DNA of 64,000 bases from NCBI GenBank assembly GCA_040772905.1, contig JAXGXJ010000010.1, positions 26,701 through 90,700 of the forward strand. Direction: 5' to 3'. Position numbers and translations under genes: made by a program. Under the pieces are notes generated by a model. The model did not search any database, was not told the DNA's origin, and was given only the letters and a program-made list of their open reading frames with translations. Positions 20,019 through 31,076 of this stretch are shown in pieces (positions within the stretch are counted from its first letter, which is position 1; each line of letters opens with the position of its first letter). Source of the stretch: Thermoleophilia bacterium (GTDB lineage: Bacteria; Actinomycetota; Thermoleophilia; RBG-16-64-13).

Positions 20019-20465
20019 GTGCCACAGACCAACACATCCAAATACATCGTCACCGAACTGAAGATGCCGGAGTCCAAACAGCGGATCGAGCCGGAGTACT
20101 CGAAGTACGCCAAGCGCATCCTGTGGCTCGACGACGACGTCAGCGACGGCGCCTTCCACATGAACACAGCCTGGTACCTCAAGGCGGCACGCACCCTGGA
20201 GGACTGTGCCCACGTGCACGACACCGATGAGATCATCGGCTTCTTCGGTAACGACCCGGACGACCCCTACGACCTCGGAGGCGAGATCGAGATCTGGCTG
20301 GAAGACGACAAGCACGTGATCACCAGCAGCGCCCTCATCTTCGTGCCGGCCGGCATGAAGCACTGCCCGCTGGTACTGACCCGGGTCGACCGGCCCATCT
20401 TCCACTTCACCACGGTCACGGGCCGCAAGTACGAGAAGCTCGAGGGATCCGGCCGGGAGGTCTGA
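20019..20465 (+). CDS. Cupin-like hypothetical protein
   Basis: ORF 19827..20465 trimmed to the GTG at 20019, 7 nt after GAAGGAGG. AHVHDTDEIIGFFG...ALIFVPAGMKHCP is cupin-like. Confidence 0.6.
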   Translation: MPQTNTSKYIVTELKMPESKQRIEPEYSKYAKRILWLDDDVSDGAFHMNTAWYLKAARTLEDCAHVHDTDEIIGFFGNDPDDPYDLGGEIEIWLEDDKHVITSSALIFVPAGMKHCPLVLTRVDRPIFHFTTVTGRKYEKLEGSGREV

Positions 20466-20621
20466 GCCGCCGTCGGCACCGCGGGTGCCCACCGCAGGCA
20501 CTCACCGCAGCGCGTCCGCGGACCGGCGCCAGGCCTCCGCGCGTGGGGCCGACACTCGACTCGGCCGCCCGTCCCGGCTCCGCCGGCCCCGGGCCGCCTT
20601 CCGGACTGGGCGCCGCGGGTG

Positions 20622-20948
20622 TCAGTCCTCCCCGAGTATGTCCCCGCGCCTGCGCAGGAACTCGTCCCGATCGATCTCACCGCGGGCATAGCGCTCTTCG
20701 AGGATGCGCAGCGCGTCGCTGTCGCCACGGCGGCGGGCCGAGGGTCGCTCGTCGTCGAAGGCGCTCCACGAGTCGTCCCCGCCCCACGGTCTCTGCTCGC
20801 CTTCCGCACCACCTGCCGCGCCATCCGACCGACGGCGAAGGTGCCGGAACACCAGGTAGAGACCGACGGCGTTGATGACGAACATCACGATGGTGATCGC
20901 TGTCCCGATCATGCCAGGACCCCAGCCGAAGCCGCCTATCCAGATCAT
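20622..20948 (-). CDS. SHOCT-domain small membrane protein
   Basis: N-terminal TM IGTAITIVMFVINAVGLYLVF. C-terminal ALRILEERYARGEIDRDEFLRRRGDI matches the SHOCT motif. Confidence 0.75.
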   Translation of the reverse strand: MIWIGGFGWGPGMIGTAITIVMFVINAVGLYLVFRHLRRRSDGAAGGAEGEQRPWGGDDSWSAFDDERPSARRRGDSDALRILEERYARGEIDRDEFLRRRGDILGED

Positions 20949-20999
20949 GCCCTGCCCCCGGTCGCCGTTCCGAGACGGCCTCGTGTGACGGGAAGGATT

Positions 21000-22232
21000 C
21001 TAGCGCCCGTCGCCGCAGCGGTGCACAGCGGCAGCAGGGATGGCGAGTCGCACGCGCACCCCTGTCTGTAGCCCTCTGCCCACGACGTCTGGATTCAACA
21101 GATACACCGTCAAGAGCGCAGGCACCTCCACCCCGACGGCGGCATGAGAGCTATGAGCCCGGATGGAGCGAACGGTACCGATCAGAGTGACGGCCCCCGG
21201 GTCCCGCGCGGCCAAGTCCGTGGTCTCGTCTTGCCCCGCCCCGCCGGCGGACGCCACAAGAGGCGCGGCGGGACCGGCGCCGGGGCTGGTGGGACCGGCG
21301 GAACCGCCATTGTCCAACGAGATTCCTATCTCATCCGGCCGGATGATGACGTGGTCACCCTGCCCCGTGGCGCCCACCAGCAACTCCGGCGGTACCTCGC
21401 CGATTGGGAGGACGTTGGGGCAGCCCAAGAGGCCGGCCACCTGTGTGTCGCCGGGGAAACTGGTCACTTCGGCCGGAGGACCGCTCTGGCGCAACTCCCC
21501 GTCGATGAGCACCGCCATCTTGTCGCCGAGTTCCAACCCCTCGTCCAGATCGTGGGTCACGTGCACCACTGTCGCACCAACAGCGGCGCATAGACGCTTG
21601 ATCTCCGTCCGCAATTCCTGCCTGGTCTGACGGTCGAGCGCTGAGAGCGGCTCGTCGAGAAGCAGCACCTCTGGGTCGATAGCCAGCGCCCGCGCGAGCG
21701 CGACCCGCTGCTGCTCACCGCCCGATAAGCCGGCCGGATAGCGTCCCAACAGCGACTCGACGCCCACGAGCGCTGCCATCTCGCGCACCCGTGCCGACCG
21801 AGCGCCCCGGCGCGCCGCCACCGAGCCGTGTGTGGCCATGTCCCCGCAAGATCCGCTCCCCGACACCGCCGGGCGTCGCTCGCCGACCCGCGCTCCGCGT
21901 CCGCCGCCGTCACCCCCGCGCGCGTCGCGGCCGCGCGCACGTAACCCGAAGGCGATGTTCTCCGCCACGGTCAGATGCGGGAAGAGCGCGTAATCCTGAT
22001 ACACGAAGCCCACTCCGCGACGCTCCGGAGGCAGCGCGGTCACTTCACGGCCGTCGAACCAGATCGCCCCGGCCCGCGGCTTCCGCAGCCCGGCGAGCGT
22101 CTCCAGCAAGACGGTCTTACCCGAGCCGGTGGGGCCGAGGATGACCAGGAACTCGCCCTTCTGCACCGTGAGTTCCTCTATGGAGAGCGTGAACGCGCCC
22201 GCAGCCAACTCCAAGCCCTCGATACGGATCAT
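21000..22232 (-). CDS. ABC transporter ATP-binding protein, molybdate/tungstate type (ModC/WtpC-like), with two low-complexity insertions
   Basis: ORF 21000..22439 trimmed to MIRIEGL (ATGA overlap with the permease stop). Walker A GPTGSGKT, Q-loop, LSGGEQQRVALARAL, Walker B LLLDEPLSALD, H-loop HVTHD. A C-terminal Mop/TOBE-like domain is present. Confidence 0.85.
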   Translation of the reverse strand: MIRIEGLELAAGAFTLSIEELTVQKGEFLVILGPTGSGKTVLLETLAGLRKPRAGAIWFDGREVTALPPERRGVGFVYQDYALFPHLTVAENIAFGLRARGRDARGGDGGGRGARVGERRPAVSGSGSCGDMATHGSVAARRGARSARVREMAALVGVESLLGRYPAGLSGGEQQRVALARALAIDPEVLLLDEPLSALDRQTRQELRTEIKRLCAAVGATVVHVTHDLDEGLELGDKMAVLIDGELRQSGPPAEVTSFPGDTQVAGLLGCPNVLPIGEVPPELLVGATGQGDHVIIRPDEIGISLDNGGSAGPTSPGAGPAAPLVASAGGAGQDETTDLAARDPGAVTLIGTVRSIRAHSSHAAVGVEVPALLTVYLLNPDVVGRGLQTGVRVRLAIPAAAVHRCGDGR

Positions 22233-23077
22233 CGCGAGCGATCCCTGTTCCGTCGCGGTAGCAGCAGTATCCGCGTCACCACCAGGATCACGAGGGCCAG
22301 GATCAGCAACAACGCCGTCACCGGCAGTGCCGCCGACAGCCCGAAGCCGGCGAAGCGCTCGTAGACCAACACCGAGATGGCCTTGGGGTTGTAGGCGAGG
22401 ATCACGACGGCGCCGAACTCGCTGATGCCGCGCGCCCACATCAACACCGCCCCTCCCAGGATGCCACGCCCGGCCAACGGCAACGCCACCCGCCCGAAGG
22501 CGGTCAGAGGCGAGGCTCCCAAAGTACGCGCGACCCGTTCCAACCGCTCATCCACCAGGGCGAACGACTCACGGGCCGTGTCCACCAGGATGGGCAGGCT
22601 CACGAAGAGCATGGCGATGACGATGCCGGCCATGTTCTCGGTGAAGTAGAGCCCCACCGACTCCAGCGGCTCGCCCAGCAGTCCTCGACGACCGAAGACC
22701 ATCAGTAGTGCCACACCGGCGGCGGTGTGCGGGATGATGATGGGCAGATCGATAAGACCCTGCACCAGGTTCTTACCGGGGAACTCACGACGAGCGAGCA
22801 GATACGCCAGCGGCACCCCCACCCCCAGAGCGATGACGGTGGCGACGAGCGCGGCCAAGAACGTGATCCCCAGCGACGCCAACACTCCCCGGTCGGTGAT
22901 GCCATCCACCAACTCGCTCGGTGAGGAGGCGAAGAGCGTGGCCAGGAGCGGCACCAGGATGAAAAGGAGCAGCAACAGACCGGCGAGCGAGAAGACCCAT
23001 TCCAGCCGGGTGAGGCGCCCCAGGCCGGACTGTCCGCGCCGGCGGCGCCCCTCAGTCGATGGGGGCGCAGAGGTCAT
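22229..23077 (-). CDS. ABC transporter permease (ModB/WtpB/CysTW family)
   Basis: Six hydrophobic segments and the EAA-like loop ARTLGASPLTAFGRVALPLAGRG. Start taken at MTSAPPSTEG; the ORF extends to 23113. Confidence 0.8.
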   Translation of the reverse strand: MTSAPPSTEGRRRRGQSGLGRLTRLEWVFSLAGLLLLLFILVPLLATLFASSPSELVDGITDRGVLASLGITFLAALVATVIALGVGVPLAYLLARREFPGKNLVQGLIDLPIIIPHTAAGVALLMVFGRRGLLGEPLESVGLYFTENMAGIVIAMLFVSLPILVDTARESFALVDERLERVARTLGASPLTAFGRVALPLAGRGILGGAVLMWARGISEFGAVVILAYNPKAISVLVYERFAGFGLSAALPVTALLLILALVILVVTRILLLPRRNRDRSR

Positions 23078-24257
23078 GCAACGGCTCCGGCATGGCCGCC
23101 AGGTTGTCCGCAAGTGCAGGAACGATCATGGGGTGATAGTTCTCCGCCATGATGCGCTGCCCTTCCGGTCCCAGCAGATAGGCCAAGAAAGTCGTCGCCG
23201 CCTCGGGATGAGGAGCGTTGCTGGGGATGGTGGCGCCGTAGCGGATCACCTCGCCGGGGAACTCAGGTTTGACGCTGGCAAACCGCTGGAAATCGAGCTT
23301 CACCACCACTGAAGAGTAGTGGCTATCCGTGGGGTCGCTCAGGTCGATGTCGGGCGGCAACTCCAGGTACTTCACGCCGTGCTGGCGAGCCACGCTCGTG
23401 TACTCGAAGGTGTAGTCGACCTCTCCGGACTCCAGCAGCGGCAGGAGTTGCACACTGAAGGGACGCATGACCAGACGCGAGCCACTCTTGGTCTCCAGCA
23501 CCTCGGGGACTTTGATGGTGGTGACGCCCTCGGCCGTCGCGAGCCTGATGGGGACCCGGAACTTACCCCCGAAGACGTCGTTGAAGAGGCCGGTGCGGTC
23601 GTAGTGAGACTCAGCGAGCTTCATCGTCATGAGAGCGCGGTAGCCGTTGGCGTCCAGGCGCGGGTCGGCGCAGCCGACCCGCACGTCTGGCCGGCTGATG
23701 ATGTCCATCCAGTTGTCGGCGGTCACCTCGTCGGCGTACGCACTGTCATCGGTATAGGCCAATGTCATGTGGTTGGACGCGAAGATGGCGTACCAATCGG
23801 CATAGGGGAGACCGGTGTCGGGATCCTTCACCTCGTAGAGCAGCATGGGGACAAGGCTGTAGTCGGCGGCTACCAACACGTCGGCCTGCTCGTGAAGATC
23901 GCTCACGTGGCGGATGACCTGGATGCTGCCGTGCCCCTCCATGTACACGTCGATGTCCGGGTGCGCTGCCTCGAACTCTCGCTCCAGCTGGTCAAAGGGG
24001 ATGATGAGGCTCCCGGCGAACAGCACGCGGATGCGTGTCTTGTCGGTCGCGTCTTCAACGCCGCCCGCGAAGCCGCTGCCCCCGCCACCGCCTGCGGTGC
24101 CACTAACAGCAACGTCCCCGGCATCGTCGGAGCATGCGCACGTCGTCGCCGGCGCGACCACGAGCACGAAGGCCAGTGCCAGCAGTGTCGCCCACCGGCG
24201 CACGCACTCGGATCGCGTCGACGCAGCGGACGATCTGGACAGCGAGCCCGACCTCAC
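23052..24257 (-). CDS. Extracellular molybdate/tungstate-binding protein (WtpA/ModA-like)
   Basis: Signal sequence with Cys. RVLFAGSLIIPFDQLEREFEAAHPDIDVYMEGHGSIQVIRHV...ADVLVAADYSL resembles the WtpA-type oxyanion-binding protein. Confidence 0.7.
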   Translation of the reverse strand: MRSGSLSRSSAASTRSECVRRWATLLALAFVLVVAPATTCACSDDAGDVAVSGTAGGGGGSGFAGGVEDATDKTRIRVLFAGSLIIPFDQLEREFEAAHPDIDVYMEGHGSIQVIRHVSDLHEQADVLVAADYSLVPMLLYEVKDPDTGLPYADWYAIFASNHMTLAYTDDSAYADEVTADNWMDIISRPDVRVGCADPRLDANGYRALMTMKLAESHYDRTGLFNDVFGGKFRVPIRLATAEGVTTIKVPEVLETKSGSRLVMRPFSVQLLPLLESGEVDYTFEYTSVARQHGVKYLELPPDIDLSDPTDSHYSSVVVKLDFQRFASVKPEFPGEVIRYGATIPSNAPHPEAATTFLAYLLGPEGQRIMAENYHPMIVPALADNLAAMPEPLHDLCAPID

Positions 24258-24274
24258 CTGTATCAGCCTCCCGG

Positions 24275-25372
24275 CTACTGCGTGGGCAGGATGGCCTTGA
24301 TCTCGCCTATCCCACCGACCATCTGCGCGTCTTCGATGCCTTCGCCCACAAGACGGAGCGGCCAGAACTCCTCAGGCAGTTCCGCTCCGTTCATCCGGTA
24401 GGCCACGAGCAGCTGCTTGTTGTAGTACATGGTCTCGCTCGGCAGAGTGACCGTGCCGCTCCCTGAAGTGACGATCTCCACTTCATAGCCGGCCTGCGCG
24501 AGGTCACGATTGTAGGCGGGACCCTCGTGGACGTTCTCGTCATCGACCCTGCCGACCAACAGGTAGAGCGGTATGCCGGTCCAGGTATTACCTTCGGCGT
24601 CCGTCCAGTCCTGGCCGTGGCAACCCTCGGCTGCACCGGTCTCGAACGTGCCCCGGTCCATGTCCTCGGTGATGGCGCCCGTCAGCAGCAGGCTCCATTC
24701 CTGTTCCACCGGCTTGGTCGCCAATCTGGTCACCCACTTCACCCACCAGTGCCCGTCGGTGACCTGGTTCCTCTCGCTGCTCACGATGGCCAGCCGCAGC
24801 GGTCCGTCGGCCGTGGGATCGATGGGCTGGCCGTCTATCTCATAGGCGACCAGCGCCTGCAGCGTGTGCTGATACTCGAACTCGTCGCCGGTCGCCATGT
24901 CGTAGGTGAGGAACCGGCCGCTCTGCAGTTGGGCCACGGAAACGGTCATCTCATAGCCGTCTTTCGCCATGATCCCCACGGCCATGTCGGCGGGCGCTCC
25001 ACCCACCTCGGCGAAAAGATCCTCCACCAACACGCCCTTGACCATGGTGGGAGGCGTGATGCGGCCCGTGGAACTCTTCATACCGCCATACCCCTGGGTG
25101 ACCGGCAACGCTTTGATCTCAGCCATGGTGTAGCTCCGGGTGCCCGTCGGACCCACGACCTCCAGGACCACCTCACCTTCGCCAGCGCCGCCCGCACTCT
25201 CCCCGACGGTGGTCTGAGCCGCCGTAGTGGTGCTGGTGGAGTCGGGCTCCGTGACGGGCGCGCCTTGATCGGAGCTGCTACACGCGACCAGCGCGAAGGC
25301 ACAAAAGCCGAGCACAAGGACTAGGACGAGCATCATGACCGATGGGCTATCACTGCGATGGGCGAGACGCAT
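24275..25372 (-). CDS. Lipoprotein with two tandem SUOX-fold (molybdopterin-oxidoreductase-like) domains; first gene of the transporter operon
   Basis: ORF 24275..25558 trimmed to MRLAHRSDSPSVMMLVLVLVLGFCAFALVACSSS (AGGAAG RBS). Domain 1 reads YTMAEIKALPVTQGYGGMKSSTGRITPPTMVKGV...AKDGYE...GPLRLAIVSSE...WVKWVTRL. Domain 2 reads WSLLLTGAI...WTGIPLYLL...WPLRLVGEG. Its stop is 17 nt upstream of the binding-protein start. Confidence 0.7.
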   Translation of the reverse strand: MRLAHRSDSPSVMMLVLVLVLGFCAFALVACSSSDQGAPVTEPDSTSTTTAAQTTVGESAGGAGEGEVVLEVVGPTGTRSYTMAEIKALPVTQGYGGMKSSTGRITPPTMVKGVLVEDLFAEVGGAPADMAVGIMAKDGYEMTVSVAQLQSGRFLTYDMATGDEFEYQHTLQALVAYEIDGQPIDPTADGPLRLAIVSSERNQVTDGHWWVKWVTRLATKPVEQEWSLLLTGAITEDMDRGTFETGAAEGCHGQDWTDAEGNTWTGIPLYLLVGRVDDENVHEGPAYNRDLAQAGYEVEIVTSGSGTVTLPSETMYYNKQLLVAYRMNGAELPEEFWPLRLVGEGIEDAQMVGGIGEIKAILPTQ

Positions 25373-25515
25373 ATGTGGCTTCCTTGCTGACTCTTCCTGG
25401 CGAGCAGGGCTTGATATACCATGTGTAATAATACAAGAAGTACAAATGTCCGTGGGCGGGTTGAGTCTGGTCGGACAGCTCAAGCGGTCGCCCACAAGGA
25501 TCAAGGAGTCATCAG
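25373..25515. promoter_or_regulatory. AT-rich divergent promoter region
   Basis: A 143-nt gap between divergent lipoprotein genes. The locally AT-rich core is cttgatataccatgtgtaataatacaagaagtacaaatg, with TTGATA and TGtAATAAT-like elements. Exact promoters were not resolved. Confidence 0.4.
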
Positions 25516-26397
25516 ATGCACGTGCGTTCGGGCCGAAGACGTATTCATGGAAGAACATTCCTACCGTTCGCGCTCGTTCTGGTCGCGCTTCTCATGGTGA
25601 TGACCGCCTGTGGGGATGATGAAGCCACGTCTACCCCGGCCACGTCCGCAGCCGACACGGTGCCCGCCACCACGGCGCATACCGGCGACACCGCATCCAG
25701 CACCATCACATCGCCCTCGTCATCGACGTCTGCGGCGCCGAGCACGTCCAAGCCCGTCGCCGGTAGCGAAGCGCCATCCACCTCATCGACCGAGGCCACC
25801 ACCACTATTGCCAAGGTCACGACCACGACAGCCAAGCCTACTACCACAACGGCTAAGCCGACCACCACTACGGCCAAGCCCACGACGACTACCGCGAAGC
25901 CCACAACAACCACCGCGGCACCCACCACCACAACGGCCAAGAAAGTCGTCGCCATCACCGTCAGCGGACCCTCGGGCACCAAGGAGCTGTCCATGGCCGA
26001 GCTCAAGGCCATGTCGGCCGTTTCGGGCTATGGGGGCTGGAAGAACCAACTGGGTAACATCACCGCCCCCGTTTCTTGGAAGGGAGTATCGGTCAAGTCT
26101 CTGCTCGATTTGGTGGGCGGCGGTTCTTCTTGCCGAGTCGTCGCTTCCGACGGCTACGAGGCGGTGCTCTCCAGCGCGGAACTGAGCGGACAGTCCAATC
26201 TATACGACCCCTCCACAGGCGAGGCCATATCGAGCATCAGCGGGAGCCTGCGCGTGATCGTGGCTTACGCCAAGAGCGGCTCAGCCCTGAGCTCTGGCGA
26301 AGGCCCTCTGCGCATCGCCTTCGTCAGCTCGGAGAAGGACCAAGTGACCGACAGCGATCAGTGGGTCAAGAAGGTAGTCGCGATCAAGGCCAGATGA
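25516..26397 (+). CDS. Lipoprotein with Thr-rich heptad repeat linker and one SUOX-fold-like domain
   Basis: AAGGAG RBS. Lipobox LLMVMTACGDD. Six copies of a TTTTAKP-like repeat. C-terminal domain ELSMAELKAMSAVSGYGGWKNQLGNITAPVSWKGVSV...ASDGYE...GPLRIAFVSSEKDQVTDSDQWVKKVVAI. Confidence 0.75.
   Translation: MHVRSGRRRIHGRTFLPFALVLVALLMVMTACGDDEATSTPATSAADTVPATTAHTGDTASSTITSPSSSTSAAPSTSKPVAGSEAPSTSSTEATTTIAKVTTTTAKPTTTTAKPTTTTAKPTTTTAKPTTTTAAPTTTTAKKVVAITVSGPSGTKELSMAELKAMSAVSGYGGWKNQLGNITAPVSWKGVSVKSLLDLVGGGSSCRVVASDGYEAVLSSAELSGQSNLYDPSTGEAISSISGSLRVIVAYAKSGSALSSGEGPLRIAFVSSEKDQVTDSDQWVKKVVAIKAR
25819..25944 (+). repeat. Six in-frame 21-bp tandem repeats encoding TTTTAKP-type heptads
   Basis: Units begin at 25819, 25840, 25861, 25882, 25903 and 25924. 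Peptides are TTTTAKP x4, TTTTAAP and TTTTAKK. The Thr codons differ between units (acg, acc, aca, act). Confidence 0.9.
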
Positions 26398-26443
26398 TCG
26401 GGCCCGCCCGAGACTCGGCCGCAAACGAGAAAGAGGAGGCTGC

Positions 26444-27556
26444 ATGAAGCGCACACGGATGTTGGGAGTCCTGCTACTGACGATGGTGTTCCTGTTGGCA
26501 TTGACCGTACCGGCCTCGGCCGTGGAGTTCACCGACGTCGAAGACACCGACTATGAGGCCAGCATAACCGCGCTCGCCTATCGCGAGTTCATCGGCGGCT
26601 ACCCCGACGGCACCTTCAAGCCCGACAACCTGCTGCAGCGCCAGCAGTTCGCCAAGATGGCCGTCCTCACCATGGGCTACTCGGTGAACGCAGCCGACGT
26701 CTCCACGTTCAAGGACACGCCCGGCGCATATGACCCCGTCAACAACCCGCTCTACCCGGGCAGCTACGTGGCTGTGGCCGCAGAGAACGGCATCATGATC
26801 GGCAAGCTGGGCAACAACTTCGACTTCGCCGGCAACGTCACCCGGCAGCAGGTGGTCACCGTGGTGGTACGTGCGGCCGGTGACGCGCTCGCGGCTGCCC
26901 CCGCCGGCTACCAGGGGGAGCTCTCCTACGGAGACCCCACTCACGGCTCCAACATCAAGAAGGCTGAGTTCAACGGTCTGCTGGACGGCATCGTCGATCT
27001 GGAGAACTGGGATCCCGCCCAGTACGCCACCCGTGGCGAGGCCGCTGAACTGCTGGCCCAGCTCTTCTACCGCACAGGTGAGATCCTCACCCTTGCCGGT
27101 CCGGCAGGCACCCAGGAGTTCACCATGGCCGAGCTGAAAGCCTTGGCCGCGATCGAGGGCTTCGGCGGCTTCAAGAACAAGGTCGGCACTATCACCGGTC
27201 CCGACACCTTCAAGGGCGTGTCCCTGGCGACCCTCGTCACCCTCGCCGGCGGCGGCACCAAAGTCATCGCCACGGCTTCCGACGGCTACGAAGTGACCTA
27301 TGACGCCGACAAGCTGGCCGGCAAAGTACTGCTCTACGACCCGACTACCGGTGACACCATCTTCGATCCCGCCGTCGATGCCGCCATCCCGGCCGAGGTC
27401 GGCGCCGTCACCACCACCCTCATTTACGAGCAGGACGGCAAGCTCCTCTCCTCCGACCAGGCTCCTCTGCGAGTCGGTTTCCTGAGCGCCGACGACAACC
27501 AGGTGAGCCACAGTGGTAGCTGGGCGAAGCAGCTGGTCGCTCTCACGGTGGAATAG
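26444..27556 (+). CDS. N-terminal triple-SLH protein with C-terminal SUOX-fold-like domain
   Basis: Signal peptide ...LTVPASAVEFTDV. SLH-like repeats with QRQQFAKMAVL, TRQQVVTVVVRA and ATRGEAAELLAQL. C-terminal domain EFTMAELKALAAIEGFGGFKNKVGTITGPDTFKGVSL...ASDGYE...APLRVGFLSADDNQVSHSGSWAKQLVAL. Confidence 0.78.
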   Translation: MKRTRMLGVLLLTMVFLLALTVPASAVEFTDVEDTDYEASITALAYREFIGGYPDGTFKPDNLLQRQQFAKMAVLTMGYSVNAADVSTFKDTPGAYDPVNNPLYPGSYVAVAAENGIMIGKLGNNFDFAGNVTRQQVVTVVVRAAGDALAAAPAGYQGELSYGDPTHGSNIKKAEFNGLLDGIVDLENWDPAQYATRGEAAELLAQLFYRTGEILTLAGPAGTQEFTMAELKALAAIEGFGGFKNKVGTITGPDTFKGVSLATLVTLAGGGTKVIATASDGYEVTYDADKLAGKVLLYDPTTGDTIFDPAVDAAIPAEVGAVTTTLIYEQDGKLLSSDQAPLRVGFLSADDNQVSHSGSWAKQLVALTVE

Positions 27557-27623
27557 CGGCTCAGGCCGCACGAGCAAGCGTCGCTCCATCGCAGCGCACG
27601 CTCTCTGACCCTCCCTTGGACTG

Positions 27624-27649
27624 GGCCTCCTCGGATCTCCGAGGAGGCC
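27624..27649 (+). terminator. Intrinsic-terminator-like hairpin after the SLH/SUOX-like gene
   Basis: GGCCTCCTCGGA-tc-TCCGAGGAGGCC is a perfect palindrome followed by ctcctttc (weak U-tract). Confidence 0.5.
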
Positions 27650-27783
27650 CTCCTTTCACCCCGGCACGGTACAATCGAGGCGGCGCCTTCGCAGCCCTGC
27701 GAGACCTGGCCCTGCGGGGCGCGGTCCCGGGAAGCCGCGATTGCGCCCGTCCGTCGTATCGCGGCCACTCTGGAGGAACTTGC

Positions 27784-30993
<3,210 letters not shown>

Positions 30994-31076
30994 CGCTGGA
31001 AGGTTACTCTGCCAGGGGTGTAGAGTGGGGGAAGGGTGCTGGGGAGCACCCGGCAACATACCTGAAGGGGGGATCC

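Noticed and set aside
21795-21932. Insertion in the ATPase gene considered as an intein or mobile insertion
   Set aside because: It is far too short and low-complexity for an intein and has no splicing-junction residues. The flanking 8-9 nt similarity is weak evidence in GC-rich DNA.
23319-24401. 360-aa plus-strand ORF. The same reasoning applies to 26474..27589 (minus), 42854..44005 (minus) and 43174..44037 (plus).
   Set aside because: These are shadow ORFs opposite or out of frame with the binding protein, SLH/SUOX-like, CDF and MBL genes. Only the last 100 codons of 43174..44340 are real (the Phd/YefM antitoxin).
25819-25944. Regular short repeats considered as a CRISPR array
   Set aside because: The units are contiguous 21-mers with no spacers. 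They are in frame inside a CDS and encode a Thr-rich heptad.
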